A DNA stretch of 64,000 bases from Marsupella aquatica (taxonomy: Eukaryota > Plantae > Marchantiophyta), in contig OZ316895.1 in assembly GCA_973895155.1 (NCBI GenBank), positions 7,986,184-8,050,183 on the forward strand, in the 5' to 3' direction. Below are positions 39,143 through 51,224 of the stretch, piece by piece. The translations under genes were made by a program, and so were the position numbers. The notes under the pieces are model-generated. The model was not told where the DNA came from. It was given only the letters and a program-made list of their open reading frames with translations, and made no database searches. Position 1 is the first letter of the stretch. Each line of letters begins with the position of its first letter.

Positions 39143-40730
39143 GATGGCCAGCGAAGTGGACCTGTTTTGTGGAGTCATGACAGAGAAATATACAACTCGG
39201 GCTCCTCGACCAGAATACCCTCAAACAAAGGAAGGTATGAAACGCCTAACGGAGAACCTGGCTAAGATGGGCCTCGACTTCTTGATTAAGTTGTCGTGGT
39301 CAATTCTCGATGGTTCACTACTTGAGCAGAGCACTTTTCGACCCAAGAAGCGGAAGCACAATGAGGGCATTCGAGCCAATCCAGAAGCTTGGACATTAAA
39401 AGTGATTGCCAAAGCTTATAGGACACCAAGGAAAGGGAAAGGATTGTTGGATGGAGAGACCGAGCATCGTGGTTATGTGGAGAGCAAGTTTCAGCCCCAA
39501 TCGTGGCAGAGAAGGAGCGGATGGATGATTGTGCATTGTTTGGACCTCCTTGACCTGACTCCTGTTTTTGCATTTCTGATCCCTATTCTGAAACCTGAGA
39601 AGCAAACCAGGATTTCTCTAGCACTACCACCATCGTTGTTTCTCTAGAAGGCAAGGAGCAAATCAATTGGTCCCAAATTCTATTTGATGTCATTCATACT
39701 CAGGTGCAGAATCAGATTTCTAGGATGGCTCAGAAGATTATCAAATTTTCTTATCTTCCTTCTTACAGTGCTCATATCTATTGGAGTGAGAAATGTCTGA
39801 ATGATGAAGAGAAGATTAAGTTGGAGTTCTTATTTCCTTCGACTGAAAAACCGAAGCTCAAGAAGCGAAAGCTACCTAAGCCAGCATCAAACGAACCTGG
39901 TTCTTCTCAAGCTTCACCCTCGGATTCGACTCTTCTTGATCAGATTTGTGACATTTTGAATTGCACTAGACTGAATGTGGTTGATGCTGTGACTGAATTA
40001 AGACGAGATTTGGACATCATCGCTGGACGCCATACAGAAGCAGAACCGGTTGATGAGGACCAGGAACTATCCGAGAAGGAGACATTTGATGTTGATGCTG
40101 ACTCAGAAGAGATTCCTGTCAATTCATCTCCACCCGCAGCTTGTAGTCCTTCTGCATCGGTTCCTGCTGAAGAAATACCACCAGAAGTCGAGCCTACTCC
40201 AGTGGCACCAGTACCTGTAGCTCCTGCTTTTGTTCATACTTCACCTCTAGAGTCAGTACCACCTCAGATTTTCAAGTTGCATCAATGGAGTCCAGCAGAA
40301 TGGAATTATCGATTCAGTGAGCTGGTGAATCAGGCTGCCTTCAGCAGAAGACAAATTTTGCCACCTGTTTCCCCACCAGTTATTCATGGTCGTCAGCAGA
40401 GCTACTTACACTTGTCCAAATCTGCTTTTGCCCATTGATATGCTCAGATCCTGCCGACTGGAGTCTATTGAGATGTGGAACTGGGTTTACCATTGTCGCA
40501 GAGTTTATGCCCCTTTTCCACCACCTCATCCAGATTTTAAGTGGCCATTTGCTTACTTTACATGGGTAGGCCCTGACGGATTAATGATTAGAAAACAGAA
40601 GGATGACACTTTAGTAGAATTCAGAGGTAAACTCAAGAAGATTATGGCTATTAAAGGCAAGACCACCAAGGGAAGGCAACAGATTCAATGGATAGCTCAA
40701 TTACCTACTATCCAAAAAGATGTGGTATAG
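39143..40730 (+). pseudogene. Additional post-integrase ORF of unknown function (frameshifted; three ORF-track segments)
   Basis: Consecutive plus-strand protein-like segments 39030-39647, 39704-40438 and 40386-40730 (..IRANPEAWTLKVIAKAY..GWMIVHC..FAFLIPILKPEKQTRIS.., acidic/Pro-rich middle). Occupies the position of extra ORFs in Athila/Tat elements. Stop codon lies inside the inverted LTR. Confidence 0.55.
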
Positions 40731-41914
40731 CCGGAAGAATCGAAAGTGACACTTTTCACTTAAAGACCAAGGTTTCGATCCCTTTAAGAATCGAAAGTGA
40801 CACTTTTCACTTAAAGACCAAGGTTTCGATCCCTTTAAGAATCGAAAGTGACACTTTTCACTTAAAGACCAAGGTTTCGATCCCTTTAAGAACAAAATAG
40901 GAATGGATTGAATGATTGTAATTGTTTTGAAGACTTAAGAGTATCACTCAACCAAATCTTCAAACAAAAGAGAAACAAATGGATAAACTAACAAAATGAA
41001 CAGAAAAGATTAATTCCCAAGTCATGGATTATGGAAAAGCTTTTAGAACCAAGGTCCAATGGATTGAATCTCCACTGCCACTTATCGTGTTAACAAGATT
41101 GCAACAAATCTCGTTTCAATTGCTCTTCTCCATCACCATGAAAATATAAACAGAAAGGGTAAATGCTCACAAACACCAAAGTAGCTTTTTGGTGACCGAT
41201 ACAATGATACTCACTAAAATGCCGTCAACATGGATAGAACTTCGGCGATACGCAACTTCGATCTATCACTAGTGGGTATGTCAAAGTAAGGGTAACGGTA
41301 CTAACTATTCTGAAATCAGAATCTTGCTCCTTTTTATCCACATTTATCATTGAATCCTTAGTGATTCTTGACCCACAAGCAATTCTTATTTGAATTCATC
41401 TGATCTTGGAAATTTGTAATGAAAACTCAGGCACCAACAGGAATAAATTCATTACATCACAAAGGAAGTGTTTTATTTCATTCATAAATCATTCTCAAAA
41501 GCAATGATTACAAAGGAAGGAGGGAAACTTGCAAAAGTTTGCAATACTGAATACAAGCTTCACTGGAAAATAAAAAGGAAAACAATAATCTTATAGGTCT
41601 AAGTGGAGCATAAAAAGGGGAAATGAAAAGTCTTGCCTTTTCAAAACTTAGAAAAATAATAATAAAAATTGAGTACTAAACTAAGGTAGAAAAAGATCAC
41701 TAAATAACTAGGGTAAATGGGTAACAAAAATCTGTCTTCGAACTTCCGCCGAGTATCGTCCTTCATAAGTTTGGTCTCCATGGGACACCTCTCAGAAGCA
41801 TCCTTCACAAGTATTGTCAGCAAGGTAAAGTTGGGTACCAAAATGCAATTAATTTGTGAACTTTGCATCTTATTTACATCTTCCATTGATTTTGCGAAAA
41901 ATTCAGGTGTCACA
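40721..41914 (-). repeat. Right LTR arm in inverted orientation (1194 bp), with a 51-bp triplication at ~40735-40890 and the empty copia target site (single GTACT)
   Basis: Reverse complement of the left arm. Complementarity extends 9 nt further inward (40712-40720, CCAAAAAGA). Confidence 0.9.
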
Positions 41915-42722
41915 TACCCCTTACCTTATAAGTGAATTATTGTTTGTGGATCCCATCACCCTATAGCGATTCTTAACGTCAAAGAGACTGGGACAATTAG
42001 GTCCCTGGAAATATTTTTCAAGTGTTGTATCAAAGTAATGTGTTTTGTTGCATGAGTCTTATGTGAACACCTATGACTGTGTAAACAAAGCATGTTGGAT
42101 CATGGAGCAACTTGGATGATGAAGGGATTTCATTGGATCTCTAAATTCAGTTGGTGATACTCATACTTCCCCCTAATTTGGAATTGTTTTGACTTTCATG
42201 ATCATTGAAGCTAGTTGACTAGATCAATTTCAATTCTGGATCATTTCCGTGACAATTGCAATTCATTACTTATCTCCTACTTGTCTCCAAATCATTGGCT
42301 AATTATGAACCCAAACTAAGCATTTCAATACCAGAGGGTTGTCTCCACTTCTTTTGTTCCTCTCAACATTTTATAGTACTAACTGGTTGAATTGGAAGTT
42401 TCATTCCAAATGGCCCTCAAGCCATTTTTTAAAATCATGAAAACCAAATGGGTTGAGGGCCCATGATCTTGTTAGTATTGACATAATCTGCCAATCTTAG
42501 ACCCATTCCCGATGTTGTGACTTTGTAAAATGTTTCTAAGTGTAGCACAAAGCACCCCTATTTAAGAAAAACAAACTCTTTTAATTTGGAAATAATTAAA
42601 TAATAATATTTTAATATAAAATCAATTTTCTAAAAAACTAAATCATTCAACTAAAAACCTCAAATGTTTTGTTGCAAGATCCTTGGATAAAAGCATCACT
42701 AAATTCCATCAAATAACCCTGA

Positions 42723-43160
42723 GAGCATCTCCTCCGTGTTAACGGGGTTCACTCACTGCATACATTAAATAATGCTTATTTTGACACTCTAACTTTAGTA
42801 TACTGGGTCTATGGGCTGAGTAGTGTGAAAGTCCAACCCCAATGGACATGTGATATTCTAAATACAGGGTTTCTTGAAAATGCATGTTAGACTGCAGAAT
42901 GTTAAACTGCCTCCATCCCGCGGAAGAAAGGCTTTCCTCCACCTTATGATCCATATCTGCTGTATCAAGTCAAGAACCCCGTGGATGGAGCAGATCGGGA
43001 TTTGGCCTCCACAATCCCGTTCCTGCAAGAGAAAACCCTGTGAACAAAAAATACGGTCCCATTTCCATTCTCCCGTAGGGGTTGTCTTTTTTACATTGCT
43101 TAACGGGGTTGATGAAAATCCCGGTTCCCGTTAGCCAACCACACTGCGTAGGAGATGCTC
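42723..43160. mobile_element. PIF/Harbinger (Tourist-like) MITE
   Basis: TIRs GAGCATCTCCT ... AGGAGATGCTC; 3-bp flanks TGA / TTA (TWA-like, one mismatch). Confidence 0.65.
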
Positions 43161-43805
43161 TTAAATAATTCATTGACATATTAGACATTTAAATTGCCCT
43201 GCTGGTAATAAGTTGCTTCTTATTACCAGTAACATGCATGAAAGGACTGGCAACGTTCTTATTGCATGTTACAATAGTCCATAGTAACATGCATGAAAGC
43301 ACATGCTCCGGCTGGGTTGGGCAGCAAAAACAAGACAAGAAAGTATTACAAAATTTAACAAGTGTGTCGTTGGACTATGCAATGCTAGGCTCTGCCTTCA
43401 GAGCTCATCTAAAAAATATAGCCAAGCTCACCAGTGGGAGACCTTCTCTGGTTATCAAACATTTTCTTAATCTGTCATTAGCTTTCCCCATTTCGTCCTG
43501 AATAAAGACTGCTCTAGTGATGTCCTCTCACCTGGAGTCAGTTTGCAGACTGATTTAGTCCTGTCACCTGGAGTGTCAAGCAAGCTAGGCTCGTTTTGAT
43601 CATTTTTTAATAAAAGCAACAATCTCAATTCAACTATTTGAATCCATCTCTGCAGTTGTACGTGTGCTACAGTAGTTACTTGACTTGGAACATCCTAAGA
43701 GCAAGGTAGACATTCGGAGCTGCTGGCGAAGGACGGGGTATATGCTTCGTTAGTGAAGTTGCAAACAATGTAGATGAGTAGTCGGCTGATTCGCCGACTC
43801 CAGGT

Positions 43806-46800
43806 GATAAATCCGAAGGACAAGGACCGACTGGGAGTAGAGATTGCCATCCCAACCCCAAGCACGACAAACATTTCCGCCCAAAATGCGACATCCTTCT
43901 TCAATTTCTCTGGGGGCTCGAAGAAGGCATTGATCGCGTTGGAGAGGAGCAAACCAAATACGGGGAAAATCATGCCTGAAGCAGCAGCTGCGACTGATCC
44001 TATGAGAAACAAGGGCAATTCTGGCCGGTTTAGCTTCACCAGGCGCATAAGGGACACATCAAGTGCTCTTGTTTCTCCTCCTTTTCCTTCCTTCTCTTTC
44101 CCTTTCTCCATATCGTCCCCAATCCCTGATTTTTGTGACGGCACTCCAGTTGCATTTGCCCTCATACTACCCTCCCGGCTCAATCTCTTACTTCCAAACA
44201 GACTATGACGACAGTGCAGCTCTGAAACTACCAGTTCTCTTTGATGAATGAAAACTACTGTTGTCCCGTTTCAATAATGGAGTCTCCTCCGGTTCAGGAA
44301 CATAATCCGGATCTGTGACTATGACAGATTCATCAGTGTGTTCGCTTTCCCTGTGAACCTCTTGTAGACGTATAAGTTGAGAGTAAGCACCATCCAGTTT
44401 TTGAATCAGCTCATCATGGATACCTGCCGAAACAAATTCCCTCTGTAAGGCAATGCACATTGATTTCAAGTCAAGTTAACCTTACTTCGCATAATGAATT
44501 AAGATCACCAAATGAGGATTCCAAAAGTAATTTGTAAGACACTGATTGCCTTACCGGTTTCGACAACTACACCGCGCTCAATAACAGCTATCATATCTGC
44601 ATTTCGAATGGTGGTCAGTCTATGAGCTATAACCACTGTTGTTCGGTGCGTCGTGATCTTGTCAAGAGCATCCTGGACGACACGTTCCGACTGGGCATCC
44701 AAGGCACTAGTAGCCTCGTCCAACAGAAGTATCCGTGGGTTCTTCAGAATGGCTCGAGCGATTGCGACACGTTGTTTTTGGCCACCGGATAATTGAATTC
44801 CACGCTCCCCTACCATCGTGTCATAACCCTGGTGTTTCAAGATATCAAAGGAGTTGTTGACAACTGAACAGAGCTTTCTTACCACTGGCATTCTTGCATC
44901 TTCATATGACCTTCCCCGACAGTCACCCGGAACAGAATCGAAATGGGTCCTAAGAGAATCTAGTTTTTGTAAGTGGCAAGGATGAGAAGACGCACCCACA
45001 AGCAAACTACGCATACATAAATGGAAGACTGTAATAGAGACTTGAGTGAGCACAAGGCTGTACACAGCAAATTAATTGACTCTGAAAGGGAGACTAGTGT
45101 GTACGCAGCAAATAAATTACGAAAAGGTTGGAACAAATTGAACCAATCGTACCTGCGGGACTTTGGTGATAAACTGAGCAGCATTGGCAACACGCGCTGC
45201 CATCTCGATCTCATCCATCGTTGCGTCCTGATTACCATATGCAATGTTGTCCCTTATGGAAGTGCTGAACAACACTGGCTCCTGACTAACTAGTCCAATT
45301 TGTTGACGCAGCCATTGCAGCTGGATGGTCCTGATGTCCATTCCGTCGACGAGCACTGCACCCGAGTGGGTGTCATAAAATCTCTCTATCAGACTGACAA
45401 CCGTGGATTTCTCGCTTCCACTCTCCCCCACTAGAGCCACAGTCTTGCCTGATGGTATCTTTAACGAGTAATTGGAAAAGACAGTCACATCAGGTCGAGT
45501 GGGGTAGTGAAAGTCAACGTTCCGAAGCTCGACATCACCCTAGATCTTATCTGGGACCAATCCGCTCAAGTCATACACATCTATTGGTGGATTTCGCTCT
45601 ATCGTTTCGTAGATTTTGTAAGCAGCCGATCTACCAATCGCAATTGCAGTTATACACGGAGATGCTTGACCCAAACTCCTGAACGAACAAAAACATGGAA
45701 GGATTTCTTCAGTCTGAATACAAAAATAACTTCTCCCTTTCCCTAATCGAATAGATCAAGAGAGGTATTTCACAACGACAGTTCTACAACCCGTTCCACC
45801 TGGAGAAACCAGTGAAATAATGACCAGCAAGGGTAGACTAACGTGGGACTAACATGAGACTCACTGTCCAAGGCACGAGCAGCAAAAGGAATTTACGGTA
45901 GTAGGGCTAAGTGCAACTTACATGGCTCCCATCAGTATAGCGAAGATGACATTGATAACTTCACCACCACTGAAATGCTCATGGAGAACGAGCTGCGACC
46001 CGTACCAAAGGGCCAGCCCGTAAGCTGCAAACATGAGTCTCAAAACAGATCCGAACCCGCCTCCAGAGATCACGCTTATCCATATGCCTGCTCTCTCAGC
46101 TTTTTGCAGCTCTGTTTCATAGTCTTGGACTGCTTTCTTCTCCTCCGTAAATGATGCAACCTACAATTATAGAATCTTTATATATCAAAACTAAGTTCCA
46201 GCTTGGGCAGGAAAAACAACGGAGCACATGGGTTTGTACTGCTAAGAATCCAATCAGATACATTGTCGAATGCAGCTTAGTCTAACAAAGTACAATTCTC
46301 GTCACGACACTCGTGTGATAAATGTTGCACATGCATGGAGTGCAAGAAAATAGTCCGAACAATTTCGATGTACGTATGAACAGATTTCAACCATTCTGAA
46401 TTCTATGTACAACACGTAAGAGCTTCATCCTTGGTGCCCAACACTAAAAGAAGTTCAATCAGTCTTAATTACTGTTCTGATGGAGCCAACGACTTGCTCC
46501 ACGACCCTGCCAGCTCCCGCATAAGCAGCTTGGGATCTCTGTGACATTTTTGAAATCAACACCCCTGTGATAGTACCGAGTCCGAGAATGACGGGAATTG
46601 TTGTCATAACGACGAGTGTGAGTTTCCAACTCTTTTCCAAGGCGACGACGTAGCCGCCCACGAACGTTACGAAGATCTGGATGAACTTGCCAGCCTGCAA
46701 AGCATATCGAGGAAATGTTCAGCAACCTGGACCTAACAAGCAAAGCTAAAAGTGTGAGACGACTGCTTCAATTCTGACATTCATCAAGCACTAAAGCTAA

Positions 46801-49149
46801 ATTAAATAAACAGGTTTTCGTCCCTGCATGCATGTAGTTTTCGTTTAATTTCCTGCCCCTGCTGCGATCCGGTGGACTGTTAAAATTCAATTCAGTTTAA
46901 TGCCAGTCAATTTAACCCAATACAGTTCAGTTTAAAGACAACGGGTGATCTTAGCGCTTGGAGTGTCACGTCAGTTTCTTCATGAAAACCAGACTATTCT
47001 ACTTCTTTCAACAGTTTCTTCAAGGAGGGTGTCAAGGCCACTTCACTTCCTTCAAAGTACTTCGAAGACTGTCTACCTCAGTTCCTTTGAGGAGTGCTTC
47101 AAAGCTAATTCACGACCTCGTCCTTTTGGCTCCGGAAGCTCTGAAAATTTACCTTTTGTCCCATCGCATCCTGGATGAACACGGTACTTCCTGACATTCC
47201 TGTGATCACCTCTCCAGTGGACGTATCAGTGTCGAAAAAAGCAACATCTTGTCGCAAAACTGATCTCAAGTACATCGTTCTAATCCGAGCAGCCTGCCGC
47301 TCTGCCGCGATCATGAAGCATGTAACCTCTGAGACATCACATCCGGACACACGTACGCCATTAGTATCATTGCGGTAGTTTCTCACAAAAACTCCAACAT
47401 TAACTGATTTCCAAGGCGTGACAAATTCGTGAGGCTTTTGCTGAAAACTTAGGATATGTCCATTTCTCCTCGTTCGCAAAATCGTTTTCTGTGAAGTGGA
47501 TAAATTTCAAGACTGCGACAATATATTACCCAAACAGGAAGAAACTCACTGCAGATTGATTGTCAAATGACTTTCCGGATTGAATTTTACCAAAACAACG
47601 GATTCCAAGGTTGCAGCAATCGCAGACTTACCCAAATAGGAACAGACTGCGGTTCCGACTGCTAGATACACGAAGTCTATCGCAATCTGTACGTCACTCC
47701 ACGAAACAAGCGAGAACATTATTAGTTCACAACGAACAAAACTCTATTATAACCATGTGGTGCGCATGAATCAGTCAAGCTATAATATGTTAATTTCTAG
47801 GCGAAACAAATTGTTACGTGCCGTTCTATGACATCAAATCATAGATGACTGCTTGTCCCATGTGTAGGATTGAGGTGTGATTGTACAGCGAAACTAATAT
47901 TAGTTGAAGGTATGTAACCAAAAACTCGTAAGTCGCCGAATGGACACTGTAACGAAATTGTCAGCGCGATAACAATATAGTTCATAAAATATGTACGTTT
48001 CTACATAACACAGAAATCCCCAGTGTTCCTGGAGCGGGAAGTAGCAATGAAAATTGCAAGATCAGCAATATTATTAAACAATATGTCCGTCGGCAAAAGT
48101 TTGTATTACATGAAACAGGAAGTTGCACAATTTCACAAATGACAGTCCGCGAAAATTTCAAATGCTTAGGAGACAGAAAAACATGTATGATGGAGTCCAA
48201 ACAGCCCGTGCGATAAGTGTTTCAATCACAAGTTGCAAGGTACATATATATAAGTGATACCGACTATCTCCCTCAGCTTGTTTGAAGATCGTTTGGAGAA
48301 GCAGGAATTAATCAGCACAACGCATGAGGATCAGAAATTGGTAAATAGCACCTCACTCACAGTCAACACACTAGACGAAGCAATCAGCCGATAAAAGAGT
48401 CCTAACTAGGACGGAAAGTTCTCAATTCAACAATTCTCCATTGTTTCGGGCATTGTTTCGAAAACGAAAGAAAGAAAGAACCAAAAACATTTCAAAGTGA
48501 CTGAACAAATCCGTCAGGGGGGTATCCCGGCGCCGAATCGAATCGAGAGCAATCAACTATCCTGCCTGCAGAACATGAATGATCCGCAAAACTTTGCCAG
48601 CATGTTCTCTCAAGCTACAATGTGACGCGAATACTGTCTACTGTATTCGACAAAGGTTGACAGAGGGGACAAGGGTTGTACTATACTGACACCAGCAACG
48701 GCAGCAATCAACTCTTTTCTATCGTTCACATTGTTGCCAAATGCATTGATGAGGCTTCCGAATAGAATTGTGACGACCGGTTGCGATGCACCATTACCAA
48801 TCGCACCCATCGTCCCGAGTAATAAAAGGATTTTATCAAGCTTATCTGCATATTTGAAAAGCTGGATAAACGATACAGCCTTCGGCTTCTCACGGCCCTT
48901 CTTCTTAAGTTCCGGCGCTATTGTACAATCTGTTGTGTCACCGCCATCGACTCCTCGACCTTTACCATCCATGATTCTTTCACCTTTAATCTCACCATCT
49001 TCTGTGGCTCTTTGACTATTCATCTCGTCATCTGCGGCTCCACGATCATCACCAAGACTCTTTTCCTCATTTCCGTCTGTTGGAGACGCGCCGGGGACAA
49101 CGTTCGTATTTATGACCCCGGTCGGACCACTGATACTAGGCTCGGCCAT
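43806..49149 (-). pseudogene. ABCB: Tandem ABCB paralogue, pseudogene lacking most of TMD2 and all of NBD2
   Basis: Exon-by-exon homology to 13829-21397, including introns. Lesions: AAG>TAG stop at ~45540 (DKI*GDVEL), Walker A GESGSEKS, 2-nt deletion frameshift at ~44205. Homology ends after SFGFI at ~43806. Confidence 0.92.
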
Positions 49150-51224
49150 TTCCGACCTGGGCAATATGAAAGGAATCAAGGCCGTTTTTCTATTCAGACT
49201 CTCTCGAGGAGACAGATGAAGAGATTACAGAATTTCTTCCGGAAGAGCTTTCTTCTACTTCAAGATGATGGTAAGCTCTGGATCGCATAACAGAAGTCCC
49301 CATCCTTGTGATTTGGTAATGCCGCTTGCATTGGTAAAATTCCACCCGCGACGCATTGACATGGTGTAAATTAAGTGTACTCCTCTAATTCAATCTAGCT
49401 GCTGTAGATTGCTGCGTCCCTCAATCGCCTCCCTTACGTACAATGGCACATAAATTTGTCAACCCACCGCTCTCCTCTTCGCTCGTAATTGCTGCGCAGC
49501 ATCACTGCTCTGGAAGAATTTCTCTGTAGAAGGCAATGCTAACTCCGGATCGCATGACATAAGTCCAGAGCTGCCTGAATTGGTAACGCCGCTTGAATTC
49601 GTCATGTAATCGGCTCCCGTGGAAAGAAGGAAAATTTTCGCCCGCCACGCATTGATATAACGTAAGTTGGGCTCAAAATCTGGCGCTGCGCGCTGAAGAT
49701 ATTGCTGCGCCATCCAAGAATGGCATCACCCACTTCGATCAATTCTGCAAGGATACATTCGGGAGATCGATGAGCAAAATGAGGCTTCCAATCTAGCTGT
49801 GGGACCGGTAGGATTTCTTGTCAGATGTTTATGGTCATGACATAAACGAACTTTTAGGGTGAAAGAGACACTATTTGTCCATTTAATTTTAATTCCTTTA
49901 GCTCTTGCTTCTCTAGCAGGTACTACCAAGTTTTCTTTGACTGTCATCGGTACTCTCTTTATCCTCTGGACAACCTTTGGAAAAGTGGCCACGCGATTGG
50001 GCTGGCCTCTTGTGAAGTGTACTTCAGTCCCACGATGTAGTCATCTGATCTGTTATTAGGCACCTCCAGACTAGAGGGTTCGATTATATGTACACACTGG
50101 CTCAAAGCTGATGAATCTCGGGATTTCGGTTGACATTCCGTTGAGTCACAAACGTGCATTGAAGGATTGAATAATTAGATTCCTGTTCCTGACTTTTACA
50201 ATCGTAGCAAACACGTCAATTTCCGGCAACATGGAAAAGAGATATCTAATGCTTGTCCGTCATGGACATTACAGAATCTTAGACGTTGAATGACTTACAG
50301 CAGTTTGAAGACAGAACTTTGGTACTCTACAGCGTCTGTGCACACAACATTGCGGCAGGCGAAGTGTGAATGAAATCCAAATCTGGGGGTAGTACGTCGT
50401 TCGGTTCGTACTTCGACAAATCATGCATGTAATACATCCTAACTTAGTTTCTATTGATCTAGAATTTTTTGATTGCAAGCGTGCTCCACAATTGATGGGG
50501 TAATTGTAACGTGCGAGCAAATAGTAGAATTTTTGCTCGCTCGGGCAAGATGTCACCTTGTATTGGGGCCCAAAAAAGGTCTGGAATATTCCTCACTAGC
50601 ATGGAGACCCTGTTCGATCAATAAATATAGACGGCTACCCATGGACGATTCTAGTCCCGTGAACGCAATAGATCAAAATGACATATCTTCAGGCCAGCGA
50701 AATCACTAGTCTAATGATGCCAACACATTGAGTCACTCAAACGAGGTACGGTCTCCATGTATAGGCTTCCACATGTGAAAATTCCCACCCGAGGAAGAGT
50801 AATAACGAAAAAGTACTGCGCTATTCCCGCATGAAAAGAATCAACGTGTCATTACTGCCGAGGAAAGGAGGATTAAGGCCGTTTGGACACTAATTAAGTC
50901 ACTTGCAAGTGAACGGGACACTTACCATTCGAACCAGAGGCGAATCCAAGGCGGCGAACCGTCCACTTAAACAAATCCGCTATCCCAAAAACCACCAGTC
51001 TTCCGAATCATTCTTCCGATCACTTCCACCGCGTCCAACTCGAGATCTTTCATTCGGAACTGCTATCAGTGTTCCAAGTACTCCAGATCCAGATCAGGTT
51101 AGCGCGGGTCTATGGTTCTGAGCTGTTTTAAGAGAATCACTCTTCGACAAGGCATGACATTCATCGTATTTCATCGTGAATAGTGTTTCCATTTGTTGAA
51201 TGCCGTTCTCCTTAATCATTGTTT

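Larger units (their letters stand above)
27427..41914 (+). mobile_element. Ty3/gypsy (Athila-like) derived, RT-less element bounded by inverted LTR copies
   Basis: Left arm 27427-35048 (TGTGACACC...ATACCACA, interrupted by copia) is the reverse complement of 40721-41914 (TGTGGTAT...GGTGTCACA). Flanks GACCC / TACCC. tRNA-Asp-type PBS follows the left arm. Internal protease, gag, integrase and an extra ORF. Confidence 0.85.

Noticed and set aside
27427-41914. DIRS or Polinton/Maverick identity for the inverted-repeat element
   Set aside because: No tyrosine recombinase, internal complementary region, pPolB or ATPase seen. The repeat has TG..CA ends and an Athila-type PBS.
50380-50780. Possible left terminus (TIR) of the Mutator-like element; short inverted pair CATGGAGACC / GGTCTCCATG
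   Set aside because: The other end lies outside the window, so no TIR or TSD can be verified, and a 10-bp inverted match alone is weak.
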